Assembly: GCA_038134595.1 (NCBI GenBank)
Contig: JAYPVM010000001.1
Span: forward strand, 382,035-446,034
DNA length: 64,000 bases
From: Pseudomonadota bacterium
GTDB taxonomy: Bacteria; Bdellovibrionota_C; UBA2361; OMII01
Direction of reading: 5' to 3'
Shown here: positions 49,734-58,833 of the stretch, piece after piece
Layout of the letters: each line of letters opens with the position of its first letter
How positions within the stretch are numbered: position 1 is the first letter of the stretch
The notes under the pieces: model-generated
Told to the model about the DNA's origin: nothing
The model's database searches: none
What the model saw: the letters and a program-made list of their open reading frames with translations, nothing else
Translations under genes and position numbers: made by a program

Positions 49734-50332
49734 ACGAGGGACTCCAGATAGGGACGCATCACATTAGCAACGCGGCATACTTTTGCTGCAGCGTAGAGTT
49801 CGTCGATAGAAGCTTTTTTTTTCCACCAGGCATTGCGTAGTGCTTCAATGGCAACATCGGTTCCGATCTTGTTCCGATACTTAAAACAGTCCGCGACGGT
49901 TTTTGCTGGTGAGTATACGTTGACTATGAGACTTCTAAACTTGTGCCTTTCGATACCATATTCAAAGGCAGCTTTTGAGAATCGAAAAATTCGAACAGGC
50001 GGGAGGTCTCCTTGAGGGGGATGATCTCTTGCATCGATAGCAATCCACACTTCAAAGGGAAGCTGAGTCGTCAATTCATGAAACTGAAGGGCTGAAAGCA
50101 GACAGATAACACCTTTTGGGATTCTCTTGCATACTTCAAGAGCAGTCTGGTTTTGATCAATCTCTGCATCCTTTAGGGTGTACACACCTCGACTTGGTCT
50201 CTCAAGAAATCCCTCATGGTAGAGTTTGTTGAGATAGACTCCCGATACACCAATAGCCTCTACGTCCTTTGGACGCACGATCTGATTTTTTTCTATAAAT
50301 TTCAGGATTTTATCTCTTTTGCTCTTAAGCAT
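49730..50332 (-). CDS. abiEi: AbiEi antitoxin / transcriptional regulator
   Basis: N-terminal wHTH (RGVYTL), ICLLSALQFHELTTQ, YSPAKTVADCFKYRNKIG, RVANVMRPYLE. Confidence 0.92.
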   Translation of the reverse strand: MLKSKRDKILKFIEKNQIVRPKDVEAIGVSGVYLNKLYHEGFLERPSRGVYTLKDAEIDQNQTALEVCKRIPKGVICLLSALQFHELTTQLPFEVWIAIDARDHPPQGDLPPVRIFRFSKAAFEYGIERHKFRSLIVNVYSPAKTVADCFKYRNKIGTDVAIEALRNAWWKKKASIDELYAAAKVCRVANVMRPYLESLV

Positions 50333-50335
50333 ATT

Positions 50336-50383
50336 AGTAAGAAAGTCTATGTACTTATTAATATCTACATAGATTATCTTACT
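50336..50383. promoter_or_regulatory. Inverted-repeat operator upstream of abiEi
   Basis: AGTAAGAAAGTCTATGTA-N12-TACATAGATTATCTTACT (16/18 complementary); AbiEi proteins are known to autoregulate via promoter IRs. Confidence 0.7.
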
Positions 50384-50467
50384 ATTCCGAGAATGCGTCA
50401 AGAATTGAAAGAATCCACTCAATGAGGGGCAGTGGGTAGATACGCTAAAATTGTGGCTTTCACGACC

Positions 50468-50515
50468 TTTCATGAAATTTCAAAATTGCTCAAAAGTTGG
50501 GCGCAAAAAAGCTGC
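50468..50515 (+). repeat. Module right-border motif copy 1 (copy 2 at 51616-51663)
   Basis: TTTCA.GA..TTTCAAAATT(T)GC.CAAAA(G)TTGG.CGCAAAAA.G.TGC in both copies. Confidence 0.7.
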
Positions 50516-50566
50516 AAGCTGGAAATAGTCCCTGTATTCCCAGGGGTTAGGATGTTTCAGATACTA

Positions 50567-50627
50567 CACCCCACAGCGAAATTGACATTTCAGGAACGCA
50601 TCTGAAATTTCTTGAAATGTTAATTCC
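50567..50627 (+). repeat. Module left border copy 2
   Basis: CACCCCACAG-CGAAATTGACATTTCAGGAA...TTTCTTGAAATGTTAATTCC. Confidence 0.8.
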
Positions 50628-50645
50628 CGCCTCTCTTTTCAAATG

Positions 50646-51560
50646 CTATTTTTTCAAACTCTTCAAATAGTCAGAGATTGCTTTTTCCGTAGCTAGCCAG
50701 TTGCGTGCCTTTTTATGTGCGTCAATCTTTCCTTGCCTAGCAAGTAAGCTTAGATACTCCTGCGAATAAGGAAATTTCTTTGCAAGCACTGAAAGCGGAA
50801 CATACTCATCGTTGCCTAGCGCCCCACAGCTTTCAAGATAGAGATCTAAGGAACGTTCAAGCGCCTGAGCGATGAGCAAAATGAAAGATTCATAAGCCCC
50901 ATTGTTTGCTTGATTGAGCGAGCGATAGTACTGCTGTCTATTGTTCTTTAAGATAATAGCTGGGGGATATCCAAGCTTAAGAAAAAGAAGATTCATCAAA
51001 AGTCGAGCAGTTCTACCGTTTCCATCAAAGAATGGATGAATCCAGACGAACTTATGATGAAATCTAGCGACAAGCTCTACATTATCGAGCCGTTCAGGAT
51101 TGTGATTAGTATAAGCTATCAGCTCTTTCATGAGCTGAGAAACTTTCACAAAATTAGGCGGAATAAAATTTGCACCAAGAATTCGAACCTGACCGTTCCT
51201 ATACCGCCCTGCAAACTCAGACTCTATGTTTTCCAGGACCAGACTGTGAATGCTAAAAATATCTTTCTCAGTTAGCTGATACCTTGGTTTAGCGAGATCC
51301 TCAACAAAGTAAATCGCCTTCTCATGGTTCTTTGCCTCAAAGTGCTCCCGAAGATTTCTGCCCTTTATTGTGATTCCCTGCTCAAGAACTAACCTAGTTT
51401 CCTGCAATGTAAGGGTATTTCCCTCAATAGCATTAGAGTTATAGGTCCATTCAATAGCCAGCTCAGATTTTAAACGCTTTAGTGCCGCCTGCGGCAGCGG
51501 TCGGAGCTTCGCAAGCTGCCTCTTCTTAGTTTCTATTCTTTCGAGTATCTTTTTTGCCAT
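50646..51560 (-). CDS. Fic family protein (class II-like, with C-terminal HTH-like tail)
   Basis: SNAIEGN inhibitory motif, HPFFDGNGRTAR catalytic motif, YSQEYLSLLARQGK tail. Confidence 0.93.
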   Translation of the reverse strand: MAKKILERIETKKRQLAKLRPLPQAALKRLKSELAIEWTYNSNAIEGNTLTLQETRLVLEQGITIKGRNLREHFEAKNHEKAIYFVEDLAKPRYQLTEKDIFSIHSLVLENIESEFAGRYRNGQVRILGANFIPPNFVKVSQLMKELIAYTNHNPERLDNVELVARFHHKFVWIHPFFDGNGRTARLLMNLLFLKLGYPPAIILKNNRQQYYRSLNQANNGAYESFILLIAQALERSLDLYLESCGALGNDEYVPLSVLAKKFPYSQEYLSLLARQGKIDAHKKARNWLATEKAISDYLKSLKK

Positions 51561-51593
51561 ATCGGATAGGCTTAATATTACACCTATCCGATA
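51560..51593. promoter_or_regulatory. Perfect 11-bp inverted repeat at the fic start
   Basis: TATCGGATAGG-N12-CCTATCCGATA. Confidence 0.65.
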
Positions 51594-51697
51594 CTATCCG
51601 CAAGCTAATTTAGTATTTCAGGAGCTTTCAAAATTTGCCCAAAATTGGACGCAAAAACGATGCGCGATTTCATTCCATTACCAGTGTTCTATTAAAG

Positions 51698-52141
51698 CTG
51701 GTCCTATTTCAGATAGCGCTGTGTGTGTGACGGAGCGCGCCTATGTGCAGGGGCACGCTATCGCCGGGTCTATCCAGAGGCAGCAAGTAGGGCTTATAGC
51801 GGAGCATCTTGCCAGGTGTAGGATCCTATCTGCTGAGGCTGGAGTAAGTGTCTCGCATCCTGCCAGCAGAAATGCTCTTGGGGTCTACACTGACCGGGGC
51901 GGGGGGGTGCAGATAGGGCCGTATAAGACGTAGCGTTGCTACTGTGGGAACAAAGGGGAGCCCCTCTTGTGTGCGAAAGGTAATGAAGTGGATTCTGCCT
52001 GCAAGGAGGTATCTTGGGTTGCGCATGCAGGTATATTCGTAAGCTTAGAGGTAAAGTTGCGGGGGAGGGAGGATTTTGGGATTTCCTCAGTAGGATGAAA
52101 AGAAGTGAGGAGGGGTAGGGCGCGGAGCAGCCTGGTACCAG
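51698..52141 (-). pseudogene. Internally deleted Y1/RAYT-like transposase element
   Basis: N-terminal MRNPRYLLAGRIHFITFRTQEGLPF (from 52026); ends CTGGTACCAGGCT (52141, minus) and degenerate CTGGTCC (51698). Confidence 0.55.
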
Positions 52142-52200
52142 TAACAGAGATCCGAAAGACTATACTTTAGCAGATAGCCTAATTCCTGTAGGTCAACGAG

Positions 52201-52797
52201 CTACTTGGCTCGAAACGGAATCCTAAAAACAATCTCATTCAGAGTGCCACCATGCATCGTTGGGACCTCTTTTTCCTCGAAAATCTCACCCCCTAGAGAT
52301 TCCGGAATCCTTTTACTCGGGATGTTATCCTTGTCGACTGGATATATGAAGAAATCTGCTTCGATGGTTTGAAGTGCCCATTCGTAGAGCCCTGTGATAG
52401 CCTCTCTACCGTACCCGTGGCCGTGGGCGGAGGCTTTAAGCCATATTCCGAATTCTGGTTGTCGTGGATTTTGTCGAGGGTGAAGACCACACACGCCAAG
52501 AAACTCCTTAGTATCTTTGTTTAAGATGACTAGTACGAGATCGGCATTTTGGCTCCGAAGCTTGGTTGTTTCAGCGATGAAGGCTTTGGTTTCGCTTATG
52601 TCTTCTGGCTGACTTGGAATCATGTATAAGGCGATCTCTTGGGTGAACTCTCTGAATATATCCTCGGCGTAGTCGTCGGTTACAGGCAGAAGGTTAAGCC
52701 TTTCGGTTGTGATGCAGGCAGTATTTAGATTTAGATGCTTGGTTCCCTGGGAAATGAATGCGCTGGTAGATCTTTGTACGTTTGATTGCATTGCCAT
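52201..52797 (-). CDS. RimJ/RimL-type GNAT N-acetyltransferase
   Basis: ITTERLNL, EFGIWL..AHGHGYGREA, NIPSKRIPESLG. Confidence 0.9.
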   Translation of the reverse strand: MAMQSNVQRSTSAFISQGTKHLNLNTACITTERLNLLPVTDDYAEDIFREFTQEIALYMIPSQPEDISETKAFIAETTKLRSQNADLVLVILNKDTKEFLGVCGLHPRQNPRQPEFGIWLKASAHGHGYGREAITGLYEWALQTIEADFFIYPVDKDNIPSKRIPESLGGEIFEEKEVPTMHGGTLNEIVFRIPFRAK

Positions 52798-52879
52798 GAC
52801 CTCAGGTTAGCATGGCACCTTAATAATTTCTACAAAAGCTTTTTTGATTCGTTGCGAGCGCATGCAACGAAGGAATAGG

Positions 52880-52927
52880 GGGCTGTGATTTCGAATGGCG
52901 TGGGTTTAAGTCCCGTCAGCCACCCCA
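52880..52927 (+). pseudogene. 3' half of tRNA-His remnant, copy 2
   Basis: 36 bp (52892-52927) identical to 48731-48766; preceded by GGCT-GTG-ATT. Confidence 0.75.
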
Positions 52928-52956
52928 GGCTTCCAAATACAAGAAATCATTTAAAG

Positions 52957-53951
52957 CTGGTACCAGGCTACCTTTCCCGCGTGATACGAATTAGCAATTA
53001 ACCGTAACGAAAATACTCAGAAAAATAAAAAGCAAGCGCCTATTTCTGGCTAAAAACAGCGACTAAGCTCTGCATTACCGGCCGATTGAAGCTAAAGCGT
53101 CGGAAGTCCCAGTCTCACACTCCGCCCCCTAGAAGCCTGTGAGTAAGAGAGTCATAGAAAAGCCCCAAGGCCCCGCAGTGAAGAAAGACACAAATAAACT
53201 ACTAAGCCAGCAAGCTAGCAATCCTAGGCATATGAGGCGCAAACATCCCTGGGGGATACGGCACTACGTCACCTGTCTTCCACCTCCTATAAGCCTCTTG
53301 GCACAGTGCCTTAATATGCATAAACGTCCTTATAAATAATTGACGTAGATGCCTGTGAGAGGAGAGGCAGATCATTCTCTTGCCCCTTATAGGTGGCTTT
53401 CTTGTTTGTAGAAGAGATGCAGATAGAAGCTTTCTAACACCAAGAACACCTCCGTTTCGATTTGCGGTAAAGAGGTTCTCATAGCGTTTAATTGTTTCGA
53501 GAAGCTTAATGCGAAAGTCGTCAGAACTACCATCCACGGTAGAGGAAAATGCAAGTCGAAGTTCATCAGGAGATAGAACAATGAAGAGATCCTCAAACTC
53601 ATCTGACTCAAAGTAGTTAGAGAGCTCCTTGTTATACTTTTGAGGATTATGTGGATCTGGTAAGGCAGGTACTTTATCTCTAGGAATCGACTTTGCAGGG
53701 ATAGGCTTACCTTGTTCTGGATTGTGTTGGTATTCTATGGGGTGCTCACTAACCTAGGATATTTGGCTCTGTATACTGCATACAACTTGCGAGAAGCTTG
53801 GAGGTCCTAAAGAAGTGGTATGAATAATATACTCTTTCATGTTCTCTAGTATAGGAGCCCTTAGTTTTTGAGCGTAGTCTTTGCAAGGAGGAGGGGGGCT
53901 TGGTGCGGGGATGTCTAGCCACCTGAATTTACGTATAATTTTGGTCATCAA
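52957..53951 (-). pseudogene. Fragmented Y1/RAYT-like transposase, C-terminal part with element end
   Basis: EAYRRWKTGDVVPYPPGMF C-terminal motif (53202-53537), frameshifted upstream pieces, end CTGGTACCAGGCT at 52957. Confidence 0.6.
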
Positions 53952-54044
53952 GTGGGAATTTAATACAAATCCAAGCTTAACTGGTGTAGAGTTCTAAGTC
54001 CGCAGGCGATAGGGGATTTTGAGTACAAGAGTTTTTAAGGGATT

Positions 54045-54665
54045 TTGAAGTTGAAAGCGGATTCTGAAAGCCAGTTGGCAGCCCGGCTATTACGGGCCTT
54101 GGCCCACCGAATTAGGGGAGACCTTTCGGTAATTACAAATGACCTTTCATATCTAGCCACTCTTGTTGATCCGACCGAAATTGAGCGTTCGCAAGAGCGG
54201 TGCCGAAAGATAGCTTCAGAGCTTTCTGTTTTACGTGTGCTAACGGGAACTTTTGATAAGCAAGACGTAGGCGCTAGCCGCGTGGCAGAGCTGTTTCACG
54301 TTTCGCTTCGTGATGTGGTGGGGTGCTCAGCTGACACGGTTTCAGTCGATGAGGGAGCGTTGCAACAGGCCGTTCAGATTATCCGTCAGTTGTTAGGCAG
54401 TTCGAGTGCTGCAGTTGAGCAGACTGAGTCGCTGCTTATTGTGACACTTACGTGGCCAGACAAGACAGATGACTTCAAAGTGACTTCCTCTTTTAGTGCG
54501 GGTATTGCGACGTGTATCGGAGAAGGTGGTGTGGTGCCAGCGGCGGTTGTTGATTATGTTGTCCGCGATTTTGGTTGGCAGATTGAGATGGGCTGTCGTG
54601 ATAGAGTTTTGAAGGTGAGCATCTCCATGCCGCTTGTATTCAAAAGAGGGGTTGGAAATGCTTGA
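54045..54665 (+). CDS. Degenerate histidine-kinase-like protein (H-box only)
   Basis: LAHRIRGDLSVI resembles the HisKA H-box; no N, G1 or G2 boxes recognisable; overlaps the downstream RR gene. Confidence 0.6.
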   Translation: MKLKADSESQLAARLLRALAHRIRGDLSVITNDLSYLATLVDPTEIERSQERCRKIASELSVLRVLTGTFDKQDVGASRVAELFHVSLRDVVGCSADTVSVDEGALQQAVQIIRQLLGSSSAAVEQTESLLIVTLTWPDKTDDFKVTSSFSAGIATCIGEGGVVPAAVVDYVVRDFGWQIEMGCRDRVLKVSISMPLVFKRGVGNA

Positions 54666-56034
54666 TGTCCTACTTGTCGATGATGATGTTGAGTTGCTTC
54701 AGAGTGTCATGCGTATTTTGCGGCACAAGCTCTCTAATCGTACTATCGAGGGAGTGGGTACGCCCGAACGAGCTTTAGAGATTCTTGCGCAGAAAAGACC
54801 GTCGGTTGCTGTGATTGATCTGTGTCTCGATGAAAGTGTTGGCGTTGATAGTGGGTTCGAACTTCTTAAGAAGTGTAGAAATTTTGATGGTGATTTACGG
54901 GTTCTTGTTCTGACAGGACACGGCTCGGTTGAAAACGGCGTGCGGGCAATGGGTTTGGGAGCGGCCTCGTTTCTTGAAAAACCTGCAGATCCAGATCATT
55001 TAGCTGCGTTGGTTAGTGACGCGTTAAGTCAAGCTGAGCTAAGGCGAGAGTACAGAAGATTACAAGACCAGCAAGAGAACAGGGGCGAGGGCGTCCTCAT
55101 AGGTAACAGTTCTGCTATTAGCAAGCTTCGAGATGAGATAGCTTTTGCCGCATCAACATCTCTGCCAGTTCTGCTCCTTGGGGAGACGGGTACTGGTAAG
55201 AGTCTCTCGGCTAGGCTCATACATGAAGCAAGCCAAAAGCAGGCAGGGAAATTTGTTCAGTATCATCCGAATTTTGCAGGTGGTGATATCGTTCAGAGCG
55301 AGTTGTTTGGCCATAAAAAAGGGGCCTTCACTGGCGCAGTTGAACAGAGAAGGGGGTTAGTCCTTGAAGCCGATAGGGGTACGTTGTTTATTGATGAGTT
55401 GGATTCGATACCCTCGGATACGCAGGTGTTACTCCTTGACCTTGTGCAGGAGCATCGTGTTCGAGCTCTTGGCTCGGATCATTTTACTCCGGTTCAGTGT
55501 AGGTTTGTTGCGGCGACGAATAAGCCGATTGCGGATGTTTTGCAGTCAGGCGTGCTTCGGGAGGATCTTTATCATCGTCTAGCACATTGCACCGTTGAAT
55601 TGCCTGCGCTTCGAACTAGGCTAGAGGATATCCCGGAACTTGCGCAGAGCGTGTTGGAGCGTGTGCAAAAGCGCGATGATTTGAATGTTTTTGAGTGTAG
55701 TAGAGAGGCAATTGTCTCTTTGCAGGAATATCGATGGCCGGGAAATGTGCGCGAGTTAGTCGGGGTGCTCGAAACTGCTGCTCATCGAGCAAGCTTTCGA
55801 GGGAGATCTCATGTCGAACTCGAGGATCTCTCTCTTGGCAGAGGTTTCGGTGAGCCGACACAGGTTTTTAGGAGTGGAGGCCTCTCGGATGAAGGTGATT
55901 TTCACGAGCAGGTGGAAGCTTTTAAGCGTGCACTTGTTGCGCATGCGCTTCGTGCCTCAAATGGCAATCAGGTACAAGCGGCTGAGCAGCTCGGAATTGA
56001 TAGGGGAACGATCCGACGATTGTCAACTAAGTGA
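54658..56034 (+). CDS. Sigma-54-dependent response regulator (NtrC family)
   Basis: REC (VDDD, D, LTGHG, EKP), GETGTGKS, ELFGHKKGAFTGA, LFIDE, WPGNVREL, Fis-HTH. Confidence 0.95.
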   Translation: MLDVLLVDDDVELLQSVMRILRHKLSNRTIEGVGTPERALEILAQKRPSVAVIDLCLDESVGVDSGFELLKKCRNFDGDLRVLVLTGHGSVENGVRAMGLGAASFLEKPADPDHLAALVSDALSQAELRREYRRLQDQQENRGEGVLIGNSSAISKLRDEIAFAASTSLPVLLLGETGTGKSLSARLIHEASQKQAGKFVQYHPNFAGGDIVQSELFGHKKGAFTGAVEQRRGLVLEADRGTLFIDELDSIPSDTQVLLLDLVQEHRVRALGSDHFTPVQCRFVAATNKPIADVLQSGVLREDLYHRLAHCTVELPALRTRLEDIPELAQSVLERVQKRDDLNVFECSREAIVSLQEYRWPGNVRELVGVLETAAHRASFRGRSHVELEDLSLGRGFGEPTQVFRSGGLSDEGDFHEQVEAFKRALVAHALRASNGNQVQAAEQLGIDRGTIRRLSTK

Positions 56035-57444
56035 TGCGCGACGTATTTTGCCTGATCCGGTGGTTGGAAGCGACTTCACTAGCCTAAAGGCGCTTGGTAC
56101 AAGGTGGATTGGGAGTGCATCCTCGCAGAGTTTTTGTAGTGAGGCGATATTGAAGTTTTCCGAGTCATTTATCGAAATCTCTGCTATGAGGCGGTTTGAA
56201 TGAGTGGCATCGCTTCTAACCCTTGCGAGATTGATATCAGGGTGTTGTAGGAGCACGCGCTCTATTTCTTCTGGAAAGACAACTTTATTTTCAATCGTAA
56301 CAGCCGTTTTCTTTCGGCCTCGAAAGGTCATCGAGCCTTTGGTGTCTTTGGTGACTATATCGCCGGTGGGAAACCACGTGGTATCGATTAGTGGTGCTCG
56401 TTCAAGGTGTTCATGGGAGTAGATGTATCCTGAAAATATGCCTGGGCCTGTAAGACATAGCTCACCTGTGGTTGTATCAGCGCAAGTTTCAGGATTAAGC
56501 AGCTTGTAAGAATAAGGTGTGAGACACATTCCTAAAACCGCTCCATCGTCACAGTTTTGGTTATTCCAGATAGGGAGCCCGACTTCGATAATTCCATATA
56601 CTTGTACAAGACGCTTTCCAAAGATCGTTTCAAAGGTTGTGGCTGTCTCTGGGCTTAAGGATGACGATGTAGAGAGCGCGCTTCGAAGAGAGGCTATCGG
56701 CTGAGCGAGGGGTGAGCGAATCACTTGATCGTATACGCGAGGCTCGCCGTAGATCATTGTAGCCTGGTGTCTCTCTGCAAGCCGTAAGATGGTATCTATC
56801 GATGCTCCGACTGTTTCCACAATCGTGGAGCCACACCGCAAAAATGTGAGAGCCGAGGCGATGAAATGATACGATAGTGGGACGGGAGAGAGGATGACAT
56901 CTTCCGAGGTTGTGCCAAGGAGTATGGCCGATGCCTTTGTTCTCTCAAGTACTGCCTTGTGGGAGAGGACTACCCCTTTCGGTGTGCCTGTTGTGCCGGA
57001 GGTGTGACGAATTATGGCTGCATCAGGAAATGTGGTGACCACGTACGGGTTACTCTTTTGACCTTTAGAATGGAGATATACACCCTCTGTAAGTTGTAGT
57101 GTTGTATCGGTCGAGATGGTGCTGTGAGAGATATGTAGCGATGCTCCCATACGGTTCATGGTGTTAATTCTGTCTTCGATAGAGACTGTGGGCGCTATCG
57201 GAAGTACTATGAGTCCTGCTTCAAGGATGCCGAGAACGGTTGGAAGGAAGTCGCGTAGGCTACTTAATGAAATCGCGACAATAGAGCCGCGGGCGATTTT
57301 GCAATGCGCTAGATTCTCACAGATAGTATGCGAACGTTCTATAAGCGTTTGGTATGAAAGCGAACCCTTACTATCGATAATAGCTGTAGCATCGCCGTAT
57401 GAGTGCATGATGTTGTATAGGTATTGTGGAACTGATTCTGACAT
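56023..57444 (-). CDS. Adenylate-forming enzyme (acyl-CoA synthetase family)
   Basis: HTSGTTGTPKG, YGIIE, WFPTGD, GRKK, PTTGSGKI. Confidence 0.9.
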   Translation of the reverse strand: MSESVPQYLYNIMHSYGDATAIIDSKGSLSYQTLIERSHTICENLAHCKIARGSIVAISLSSLRDFLPTVLGILEAGLIVLPIAPTVSIEDRINTMNRMGASLHISHSTISTDTTLQLTEGVYLHSKGQKSNPYVVTTFPDAAIIRHTSGTTGTPKGVVLSHKAVLERTKASAILLGTTSEDVILSPVPLSYHFIASALTFLRCGSTIVETVGASIDTILRLAERHQATMIYGEPRVYDQVIRSPLAQPIASLRSALSTSSSLSPETATTFETIFGKRLVQVYGIIEVGLPIWNNQNCDDGAVLGMCLTPYSYKLLNPETCADTTTGELCLTGPGIFSGYIYSHEHLERAPLIDTTWFPTGDIVTKDTKGSMTFRGRKKTAVTIENKVVFPEEIERVLLQHPDINLARVRSDATHSNRLIAEISINDSENFNIASLQKLCEDALPIHLVPSAFRLVKSLPTTGSGKIRRASLS

Positions 57445-57540
57445 GAGTATGCAACGCAGTTGTGTGGAAAACGCTTCCGTATGGTGATTTGCATAGTTAA
57501 GTATTTCACACCCGAGAGAGAGGCGCTACATACTAACAGC

Positions 57541-58833
57541 TTAGGACGGAATATCTCTTCCGTGCGGATCGGTATCGGAAGCAACTTCTTCGGCGATGTC
57601 TCGGGCGAGGGCGCGCCCGATGTAGTGTTCGGTTCGCTCGCTAGGCTCGTGTAAGTGATCGGGCGCAAGCCCGAGGTGTTTTGCAAGATAGGTCTCCCAC
57701 AGTCGATGGGAGCGGATTAATGCTTTTGCCTCTACGAGCCCCTGTTCTGTGAGGCGTAAAGAAGAATCCCGCGCTACTAGAATAGAACCTTTCCATTGAA
57801 GTGTGCGCAGAGCAATACTTGCAGGGGTTTTCGATTGTAGAGCAGATTTAATAAAGGTTGGTTTAATTGGAATAGTAGGTATCTTTGAAGAGGTTTCATG
57901 CCACCGAAATAGAATACCGAGAATGTCGTCTTCTGTTATCCGCAACCGTAATAGTGCTCTTCGAATTGCCAGAGAAACAAGCCCACGTGATGGGGCTAAC
58001 GTAATTGCTAGGGCGCACATTATGCCTAGGGTGATACCCATCATGCTAGCTACTGGGGTGTTAGTGTGAAGAGCAGAGAGGTAACCTATAGGGGCAGCGA
58101 CTACTGCAAGAAATCCCGAGAGAAGTGTAATGCCAATCAGAGAGCGACTGAGCATCGATGCGCCGATGGCAGGGGCTACAAGTAGAGCAACAACTAAAAT
58201 AGAACCGACGACCTCAAACGACACTACGACGGTAATCGTGACGGATACTAAAAATATGAGACGAACCGCGAGGGCTGGCACCCCTTGTATTTTTGCTACA
58301 ACGGGATCGAAGGTAGTAATGACTAGTTCTTTCCAAAAAAGGGTATATCCAATAACTGTCGCGCATAAAACAGTTGTAAGAGATAGAAATGCTTTGGGAA
58401 CCTCTATGCCGTAGATGTTGCGTGAGTCAAAGGGTATAAATTCTGCGAGTCCATACAGGACACATCCTGGATCGAGATCAACGTCGTGTGCGACTGTTGA
58501 GATAATGACGACACCGAGAGCGAAAAGACTGGTGAAAACCACTCCTAGTGCTGTGTCTGATTTAAGAACTCTCGTTTTCTGAATGCCAACGATAAGAAAA
58601 ACGGTAATTAAGCCAGCGCAAAACGCACCCCCTGCAAGAAGGGCAGGGTTTCTCGATTTGAAAATCAAAAATGCCATGCCGATACCTGCTAGGGTAGCAT
58701 GCGCTATTCCGTCTGCTAAAAGACTAGAACGAGAGAGCATAAGAAATACTCCGGGTATAGCGCAGGCAAGTCCGCACACCATGCATGTTGCTATGACCCA
58801 TAATTCCTCGGGGGCAAGTCCTAAGTCATTCAT
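57541..58833 (-). CDS. Mn/Zn/Fe ABC permease (TroD/MntD-like) fused to a C-terminal DtxR-like domain
   Basis: ABC-3 permease (DGIAHATL, VDLDPGCVLYG), then EDDILG..LTEQG..LIRSHRLWETYL..EHY..DPHGRDIP. Confidence 0.9.
   Translation of the reverse strand: MNDLGLAPEELWVIATCMVCGLACAIPGVFLMLSRSSLLADGIAHATLAGIGMAFLIFKSRNPALLAGGAFCAGLITVFLIVGIQKTRVLKSDTALGVVFTSLFALGVVIISTVAHDVDLDPGCVLYGLAEFIPFDSRNIYGIEVPKAFLSLTTVLCATVIGYTLFWKELVITTFDPVVAKIQGVPALAVRLIFLVSVTITVVVSFEVVGSILVVALLVAPAIGASMLSRSLIGITLLSGFLAVVAAPIGYLSALHTNTPVASMMGITLGIMCALAITLAPSRGLVSLAIRRALLRLRITEDDILGILFRWHETSSKIPTIPIKPTFIKSALQSKTPASIALRTLQWKGSILVARDSSLRLTEQGLVEAKALIRSHRLWETYLAKHLGLAPDHLHEPSERTEHYIGRALARDIAEEVASDTDPHGRDIPS

Noticed and set aside
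50333..50473. N-terminal extension of abiEi
   Set aside because: Covers the operator IR and border motif; family similarity starts at ATG 50332
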